DNA of 64,000 bases from Lobosporangium transversale (lineage: Eukaryota), in contig NW_019029004.1 of the NCBI RefSeq assembly GCF_002105155.1, forward strand, positions 1 through 64,000, in the 5' to 3' direction. Below are positions 55,531 through 64,000 of the stretch, in pieces (the stretch's first letter is position 1; each line of letters begins with the position of its first letter). The notes under the pieces were generated by a model. It saw only the letters and a list, made by a program, of their open reading frames with translations. It made no database searches and was not told the origin of the DNA. Both the position numbers and the translations under genes were made by a program.

Positions 55531-57077
55531 AAATGTAGGTGTTTTTGACGAGCGCTGATGGAATCGAGTTATTCTCATCCAACACTCCCTTTCCTAGCCA
55601 ACCCAAAGCAAGAACGATTACAGCTCTAGCACATCCCTCTTCAACCCGGATCGGAAGCACGCATGGAGTTTATTTATTACAGGACCCAAATGGTATTGTT
55701 GATATCGATAGGAAGCTGAGGCCAGAAGCGCAGTCAGCGAGGTTGTTGAAGTGTCAGCAGTTTATACATAAACCATCACTAGGTTGGTAGCAAAGGAAGG
55801 AGGAAAAAAAAATTGGTGTAGTTTGCCTATTTCAAAAATAAGCATTGCGATTATGATTATCAGAGAATATTTAACGAACTCTTTTTTCTTTCTTTTTACA
55901 TAGAAACCATGCAGAAAATTCCCATGCTCATTCATGGCGATGCCTCGAATGACGATGAGAGGATTGTTTACACTGATAGCTGCTATTATTTTGATCCGAA
56001 GACTGCCGAAATCATGGCTGATGTGAGTGCTTTTTATATTTCCTTTCCAATGATCTTGAGATTTGATCTCCTTACGCTCTTCTTTAGTTTAGTCCCCTTT
56101 TTGTATTTACAAAAATGTATTAATCAAGCTCCTGTATAACAACGCCTTGATCTGAATAGACATATCCAAAGCTCCATCCTGAATGCGACTTGGAAGCATG
56201 GGCTGATATCCTCAGCTTCCAGAATAATGTTCCTTCACTTGAATCTTCTAATGACCAACAAATTGTCAAGCAGGCTCTTCAGGAAGCAGGGATCGCTTTG
56301 GATGTCATGGTCTTGAATGCGTCTAGATTTTATCATTTAGGTACCATGCAGGAATTTCTAGAGGCTGTATGTGTTGACAAGGCGTTCATGTCAGAGCTTA
56401 ATATCCGGAATAAGATTGAAGGACTTGCTGAAGTCGACAATCTTATAGGCTCTATAGCAACGAAAGAAAGTTATGGAAATCCTCATATACAGATAGATAA
56501 GCCATCGTATATTGAAAACTCGTCCTTCTCTGCATGTTCAGGCACTCTTGCGATGCCCACTTCCATTACTGAGACCAAGGTTCTCGCCAACTCTATCCTT
56601 GTCGATTGTGATCTCCCTGCAGGCACAATTATTCCTTTGAACACCTGTATGTTCGTGTTACAACTACAAGAGCAAGAGTTTGTTACGTTCACATTCTCAA
56701 TATATGACGACATGAAGAAGGAGGCTCGAATCGATCTAGAAATCCCTTCAGCAGTTTTTGAGGAACTTAAGATCTTTCAAAAAGTCCCCTTGAGCGCCGT
56801 AATAGAACAACCAAGGATATCTTCTATGGATCTATCAATGGCAGCGACATATAATAGCGGGTTCTCGCTATGGAACGCACCTTTGTTTGAGATCGCACGA
56901 ACAAAACAGGACAGCATACTATGTGCGATAAGGCGCTTGAATATTATTCGCAATTACCTTGACGCTGAAAAGGAGGGCATAATAGCTGATGCCGATGGGT
57001 TCATGCCTGAGATCGTAGGCTGGACATCACTAAAGACCGCTGCTAAAAGAGCGCGAGAGTATTTTAATCCACTATAG
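54560..57077 (+). CDS. FPGT: Fucose-1-phosphate guanylyltransferase (GDP-L-fucose pyrophosphorylase), multi-exon
   Basis: FWDVVVITASD, |YHVVEDPPQSKIGGGGST, VLLIHAGGYSTRLPHVSARGKIF, ITALAHPSSTRIGSTHGVY, FIHKPS, FYHLGTMQEF, DDMK and SLWNAPLF motifs; no C-terminal GHMP kinase domain. Confidence 0.85.
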
Positions 57078-57156
57078 AACTAGTTATCCTTTATTTATTT
57101 ATTTTAGATATTTTGAATATTATATGGCGTTTCTAATAGAATGCTTATAAACCCTG

Positions 57157-57734
57157 TTACTCTTTTTGTGTTTGTTCTTGTGCCAGTGCAAGCACTTCTT
57201 GTGGTGGGTCAATAAGCTTGGTTCCAAAGATGGTGACCTTCTCACGCGAGAGAACCTTGTGCAAGCATTTCTGGATCTGGTCGCTAAAGACTTTTTCTGA
57301 GAAACGTTCCTGAACACTATCTCGAGCACAAAGTTGCATATCCAGCAGTCTATCATCAGGTGTGGTGAGCACTTTGTGGATTGCATCGGCAAACTCCTGA
57401 GGTGTAATGGCCAAATACCCAGTAGGCTGGTTATGGAACGGCCGTACAATGTCCATTTTGGGTCCTGCAGAGTTGTGAGCTACCGGAATTAATCCTGCGG
57501 CCTGATTTAGCAATTACTTTTTATATTAGTATAGTATCACGACGTTGAAATACATGAATATATTGTTCATGCCATGTCAAAGTTTATAAACTAAAATATA
57601 CGGTTAATTTACCATGTACTCAACGACGCCGATTCCAAAATGCTCATCCAACATGGCATGGATACCAATCTTGGAACGTGCTAGCCACTCTTGAAGGACC
57701 TTAAAAGGAGCATTCACTACAAACTGCACGTTGT

Positions 57735-57792
<58 letters not shown>

Positions 57793-59339
57793 AGAAAGGA
57801 AAGTATCTCGTTAGCGCTGATACCTCATATGACCATATGTGAAAGAAAAAGTAAGTGATGTTTTTCTTCCTATTTTCTTACAGAAATGCCAAGCTCAGCA
57901 GCTTTATCCCTCAATTGCTGAATCCGGCGTTGATCCGACTCGTTGCGAGCACTTCCAACCATGACTAGTTGTACTGCTTGTGGATTGTCTGCCTTATTGG
58001 CCCCTTGGTCCACCTTTTGGCGGTATTCTGGATGGTCTTTCAATAGTTGTGCCATGGCCTCTAATTGCAAGCCATGTCCCTTTTCCGGCCGAAATTGCGC
58101 AACACTCACAATGATCCTCCCGCGATTTGCCAATGAAAAGTCTTTAAATGCTTCAGTATCACAAGGTGGATAGACCACTGTCGATTGAATTTTCCAGAGT
58201 GAATCAATGTGACCCTTTGTCCATGAAGAGTTAGCCATGACAATATCCGCAAAGGAGCCAACGACCGCATATAGGACTGCAAACATCCGATAGTAGATCA
58301 GCTTCAGTGTAGTGTAAAATAGACTCTTGGCCACATGATCAGCATTATTGTGTGCACTCTCACGGCTGGCGACGCGACCAATCATGTCAGAGCTAATGAT
58401 TGGGTAGTGTACATAGGCCACCACTTGACAGTTGCCAAACATCCTTGCTGCTGGGTATGTAAATGCGTATCCCATAGTATCTATTTTTTTGGTTGATAGT
58501 AGTGATGACAATGTCCGTCCTTTTTAGCACATATTTTCTATTTCAATGAACCATGGATGATTTATAAGAGAGGCAAAAAATGGGCGATCAAAGTAATTTT
58601 TTTTACCGATCCAGATATCAGGCACCACACGCCTTAATGCTTCCCATCCTAAAACAACGGATCCAATGCTCTGTCCAATTAATGTAAATCGAGGCCATTG
58701 AGTACTCTCTACCAAAAAACGCTTTTGAAGAAACTCAATGCCAACTAAGGATGAGTCTAGATTAATGTTGAAACGCGTTCGGACTCGTTCAAGGATATCA
58801 TCCTTTGTGGCATCTGTATCTCCTGTATAGACGATAGATATAACATGTGGATATTTCTCCTGAATCTCTCGAATCGCTGTCCATAGAACGCGTTCCCCAC
58901 CACCTCCTGCATTACTATAAATGAATGGAGTGGGCCCAAATAAAAGATGGAAATATATAAGTAGCAAAGTTGACTTGAAGCGATGGTTGAATGATGTAGA
59001 ACTAAATGACTCGCAAGTTTTTTATTTCTCTGCCTACCAATAAGGATGGAAGAATCCTGCAATAAGATAGGGTTTGTCCTTTTTTTCTCCTTCTTTAGCC
59101 TCAGCTCCAACGTCTACACTTGCCGTGGCATTTGATCCTCCATGATCCTTGTCCCTGGCCGCCTTCTCTTTTGCCTGCTGTTCAAAAATCCTTGTCCTGT
59201 TGGCCCTAAAATTACTCAAGATCCTTGCATTACAATAAAACATCAATCCCGTATAGAGTATTAGGACCGCGCCGGAAGTGGCAAGAAAGAATAGTGAAGA
59301 CCATTTCAAGACCCATTGAACCCATGTTTCTGTAGCCAT
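57157..59339 (-). CDS. ALG11: GDP-Man:Man3GlcNAc2-PP-dolichol alpha-1,2-mannosyltransferase
   Basis: GFFHPYC|NAGGGGERVLW, DTMGYAFTYP, YVHYPIISSDM, VVYPPCD, AQFRPEK, EHFGIGVVEYM|AAGLIPVAHNSAGPKMDIV. Confidence 0.97.
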
Positions 59340-59851
59340 TGTTCAGAAAGAAGAATGATGCTATAGTCCCGCGATACCAACCTTGGTTTTCACGTCAGAA
59401 TGACTAAGAAAATGGCACGTGGCTGATTTGAAAAAAATATTTTCTCACACATCGCCTAACCTTAAAATAAAGGATCAATTGCAATTGTCGCTCCTTTCTT
59501 TCCTTTCTTTCCTTTCTTTCCTTTGCTTCACTTCATTTTTGCACTCTCTCCCTCTTCCTTTACCCTTTTTTTTTTCACTTTTTTCATATTTCACCCCAGT
59601 TTACTCCCGTCGATTTTCCTCTTTTATTTATTCCAAGCCTTCATCTATTGCCTTTCCTTTCCTTTCCTTTCCTTTCCTTTTTTTTTTTGCTTACATATTT
59701 TTCATTTTTGTTTTCATACAGTGACCACGGATGAAAGAGTATAGAATATACCTTTGCCTAATTAACCATCATTCTCCCTGCATTTCAACCACACTCAGTC
59801 CCGCTCATCTTAATTTTCAATGGACACCACAAGAAGCTCAACACAAAAAAC

Positions 59852-61901
59852 ATGGCTGCAAATGATTCCACAGGGAGCCAAGCACAAAAAACAATGACTG
59901 CAAATAAGCCTGAGGATGCCTCCATACTCAATAAACGAAAAAGAGAAAACCAACACCCACAACGAAAAAAGCGCGCCATCCCACTGCTACTGAAGCTGAA
60001 CTGCGTTGTTGAGGGAGAAGCAACGTCGTTCCCAGTAGGGATTTCCTCCGATAAATCGGTCGGAATACTCAAGGAGGTCATCAAAGCAAAGAAAGGCAAT
60101 GCATTTAAGGATATCGACGCTGACCAACTCACCCTCTACAAGGTTTCCATCCCTGACGAAGACAAGACTTTTGTTGAGTCGGAAATTGTGTCGAAAGAGG
60201 CTCTCGCACCCGCGTCAAAGGAGCTTGGGGACATATTTTATTCTGAACTTCCAAAGGAAACTATCCATGTTTTTGTCAAGCCACCACAGCGAGGTATATC
60301 TTTGGCTCTTGATGGACTGATTGTTGATATTTCCAGCTGATGAAGCTTGGTTTATATCTTAAACGGCCATGTGCATAATATCACCATTTGGTTTGTGTCT
60401 TGATAACTCAACGTTCTTTCTCATTATTCGCTTTTGATACTTAGCTCAGAAAAGAAAACAAGATGGAGATTCTGGTGAGTGATTTTGGCTGAGAACCTGG
60501 TTATTGATCATTTTAGAGTGATGTGCAATAAATCAAAAATATTGACTTTGATCACTCTATCTCCTTTATCAGAGTCACCCTCTAAAAAAGCTCGTCCAAG
60601 TATATGTAGCAGAAGTACTCTTAGGGATGCGATTACAGAAGCAGGGCTTGTAACGAAAGGGATAGTGGATGGTGACCCTAACATCTCGCCTCTCAACTCG
60701 AAAGAGAGGATCAAGGTGCTTTCGTACATGGGGGAGCCATCAAGAGGTAGTATTTACTACAGCATTATTAGCGTGGCTCGCGAGCTCCGAAATTCTGGTG
60801 GTATCAAGGGTTCCAAAATATTAGCAGATTATGTGATATCCAGTCTACCAGGGACGGATCTTCCGGTGATCGATGCGCAAGATCTATATGTAAGAAAGGA
60901 ATTCAAGGATCTCTACGATTTAATCACCAAACAGTTTTGCAACGCTGAGAACAATGCACGAAACCGTATTGTTGTTACAGGGACGGCTGATATAGGGAAG
61001 TCATCCTTTCTGGTCTATTTTGCCATCCGACTACTTGCAACCAGTACCGAGGATGACCCACCTATTGTCATCATCCAGCAAAAAGAGGATTTAAAGTGCT
61101 ACGCTTTTGGTGGGTCATCTACTGTTCGAAATGGAGATATAAAGGATTTCACCGCCTTCCTAGACCTACCTAACACTTGGTTCCTAGTCGACAGCTCACC
61201 AAAGCCGGAGCTTAGGAAGGCTCGAACTATCTTCTCAGTATCACCAAATACGTTATTTTCCGAGTCTAACATGTATAAAGAAATTGTAAAGAAGGTGGTA
61301 TGGACTTATTACATGGCACCATGGGAGCTGGATGAGTTAAGACAGTGTAGAAAAATGGTTCGGACCTTTAACATCGTCAGCGAAGAATTTATGATGGAAC
61401 TCTATGAGAAGATAGGTGGTGTGCCAAGGTATGTTCTCGAGAAACCAGCGAACCGACTGCACTTTAATGAAAAAGATCTTGATGGAGCTAGGAGGGAAGC
61501 ATACAGTCACGTAGAAACAGCCCTCGACAACCTCAACGATCCATTGAAGCTGTTACAATATTTTGAACAGGCCAAAGTTTCACTACAATATAGCAGTCCA
61601 CTTCTTCATCGTCGTCCAATAGGAGATCACCAGCAATTTGTGTTAGAAATCTTGCAAAGAACTTCTTAAAAAGCTTCAAGAAAAAAAGTGGATTCGCTCT
61701 GAGAAGGACGTTGTATTGATTTTTGTTGTTCCAGAAGCTAAGGCTGGGGAATATAAGAAACAAAAATTCAAGATTGGGGCTGATCGGGTGGATCCTAAAC
61801 CGACAAAAAAACTATCAAGTATCAAGCAATATGTCATGGAGGTAGACTTAAACGCAGAATTACAGCGAGGTAGACTTGAGGGCAGAACTAAAGAGGTATA
61901 A
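59852..61901 (+). pseudogene. Second Crinkler (CRN) family gene: ubiquitin-like header and RHS-type P-loop NTPase, nuclease region apparently deleted
   Basis: Header LKLNCVVEGE..FPVGI..VGILKEVIK..DADQLTLYKV..IHVFVKPP; NTPase IVVTGTADIGKS, WFLVDS, YYMAPWELDEL, GGVPRYV. ORF stops at 61669, and the usual tail (LIFVVP..YKKQ..IKQYVM) follows in another frame at ~61710-61901. Confidence 0.75.
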
Positions 61902-62229
61902 AATAATAATTTGAGAATAGTACATCAAACTGCTTCCATAATAATTATAACGAGCCGGAGACCGTGGCTTCGCCACGGCCGGCTCTTGCCTTGCCTCGTT
62001 AGAAATTTCATGAGGGCAAAATAAAGTGAAAATAAAAATCGTAGTCAAATACAACCAATTGTATCTTTGCATAACTTTTTTATTGATTGGGTCTTTTTTA
62101 CGAATCGCGCGATAAAATACAATAAAGCAAATCAGTTAAGATTATATACATGTACAGTAGTAAAATAAACAAAAAATAAAACACAAAATAAGGCAGAATA
62201 TTTGGAAGATACGGTAGTAAATGAGAGGA

Positions 62230-63580
62230 TGCTTATTTACAAAGCATCCTTGTAGACAATGTCCCGTATGTATAGCCCAGGTCTGAGATTAAGTTCAATT
62301 GCACCCACAACACCGATATATGGATCCGTCTTCAGCTTAGATTGGTTCTCGCTGATGAATTGAAGCTGATCCACCTCAAGCCTACTGTATTGATCGGTAG
62401 CGTACTAATAAGTCAAGCATGTATTCATCCTGATGAAAAATCGCTGGTCTGTTGAGCTCAAAGGACGAATCTGCAGCCTGTACGTGTAAAACTCCTCCAG
62501 CTTGGCGTATTCTCGACTTTTCCTAGCTCGGCCATCGCCCTCACCTACATCCACCTCTAGCTGGCCGTTTTCGCTACCGTCATAGCTGTCACCATGAGGC
62601 CCTGCAGAGGTTTGACCTGGCCTAGGCCATTTTTTATATTTTTTATATGTCCAGTCCTCGCCTTTTGGATGCAAGAGGTTATTATGGAGACTCTCGTGAG
62701 CTGGATGAACCTCACTGGTTTTTTTCAAACCACTGGCTCTGCTTTCAATTATGATGCCTTGCTGAGAAACCTTACTACTGGCGCCAGCCATCAATAGCAC
62801 GATTCCAGTTGATGAGAGGGCCTGTACTGCATTCGCCTTTGCCCTCTCCCCTCATGCTGAGGCCCAGCACGGATGACGACCTTCAGCCGCATGATATCCT
62901 CGTGCGCACATTCTCTGACGTCTTTGAGCGTATGGGCTATCGGGTAGTGTAGTTCAAGGAGCTGCTGTGGTTACTGCAACAGGCCTTCATCAAGGAATCC
63001 CCGAAATGGTTATTACGGAGTCTTGCTTGCTGAGCAGGGTCATGAATGTGAGCGTGAGCCTGCAGGAACAGAGAGGCAGCGCCTTCAGTTGGCGTCATAG
63101 GATCAATCAGAGTACCAACCCTTTCAATGATACGAAGCGTGTACACTCCATATAGGTTGTTCGCAAGGTCTTTATCAAGGTTCACTTCCATGGACGTGAA
63201 CAAAAGAGCGCAGTTATATGCTTATATGTGTTAACGGAATAACTTACCTTGCGGCTCTGCCCATCAAGAAGTTAAACCAAGGCTAAGTGGAGGAATATCC
63301 ACTTGACCTCTCCCACAGCATAAAGGAAATTCTGGCCGGCTTTTACTACTGCGTTGCACACACATTCTTCAATAAACATGAAGGCACCGCAATAATGGCA
63401 ACTGACCATCGGTTCTAAGCGGTACCTATATTGCATAATATTGGAACCCGAAACGAAATCTTGCTGAAACCTTTTTCTAGCGGGTGGTAGAAAGTTGTCT
63501 TCGGCAAAGGAATTATCTTCGGTAGAAGGAGCATCCTCAACAGAAGGATCACCTTTACGCTCGTGTATTCTGAAGGTCAA
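62230..63580 (-). mobile_element. Degraded Helitron Rep/helicase N-terminal region
   Basis: Fragments CHYCGAFMFIEE, AYNCALLFTSM..GVYTLRI, HPAHESLHNNLLHPKGEDW, EFYTYRLQIR and QLQFISENQSKLKTD are colinear with Helitron RepHel N-termini; many stops and frameshifts; no HUH or PIF1 helicase core visible. Confidence 0.8.
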
Positions 63581-64000
63581 TGGTAAGTGGTAAATGGTAA
63601 TTGTGTAAGATTAAGTACACGCAATGTATAATACAGTATAATAAGCCAATAAAAAACCGAACAAAAAGTAGCACACCCTTGTCTTTGCACGGGTCTTTCA
63701 TTTTCATCTCCACCATCTTCAAAACAATACTTCGTGTGCACACAGGCCTAGCGCCATTTTGCACTGAGTTACTAACAACGCTATTAAAGCAAGCAGTAAA
63801 CAGGAAAAAACTAAGGATTAATAGTCTATTGCTGAGAAGAAAAAATCAAACCGTTGCAAATCAAACTCACCCTTTATTGCTTGAGCATGGTCTACATCTA
63901 CTCCTAGGCAACTGCAGATACTGCATTTATACACTGTAGGAGCTGGTTGACGGTGCTCGCCCTGCAGGTAAGTAATAATGATGGAGGGTTAAAAAAGAAT

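Noticed and set aside
62281..62295. CTGAGATTAAG word resembling the LSU rRNA 3' end
   Set aside because: Only 11 nt, flanks do not match rRNA, and it lies inside the Helitron relic.

Overview
Eukaryotic, intron-rich, AT-rich fungal DNA. Gene content and the very long poly-A/poly-T tracts point to Mortierellaceae (Mucoromycota), possibly Lobosporangium; this is an inference. The first ~45.7 kb is mostly housekeeping genes: M28 peptidase PFF1-like, VPS26, ATE1, aldo-keto reductase, ADE1, GLE1, RRP7, SPC19, VTI1, cytochrome b5, NADPH oxidase NoxA, SKP1, a PH/LRR protein and a Uds1-domain protein. It also holds a head-to-head pair of signal-peptide C2-domain genes, an Eis-like GNAT gene, and an unannotated Fanzor/TnpB-like C-terminal relic followed by several hairpins (candidate omegaRNA). 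The right part is more accessory: an orphan copy of the 3' end of LSU rRNA, a PD-(D/E)xK-like pseudogene, two damaged Crinkler (CRN) genes and a Helitron relic. These surround a glutaminase-less asparagine-synthase-like gene, a fucose-1-phosphate guanylyltransferase and ALG11. Multi-exon genes are given as start-to-stop spans. All family calls come from motif recognition by eye, not from database searches.
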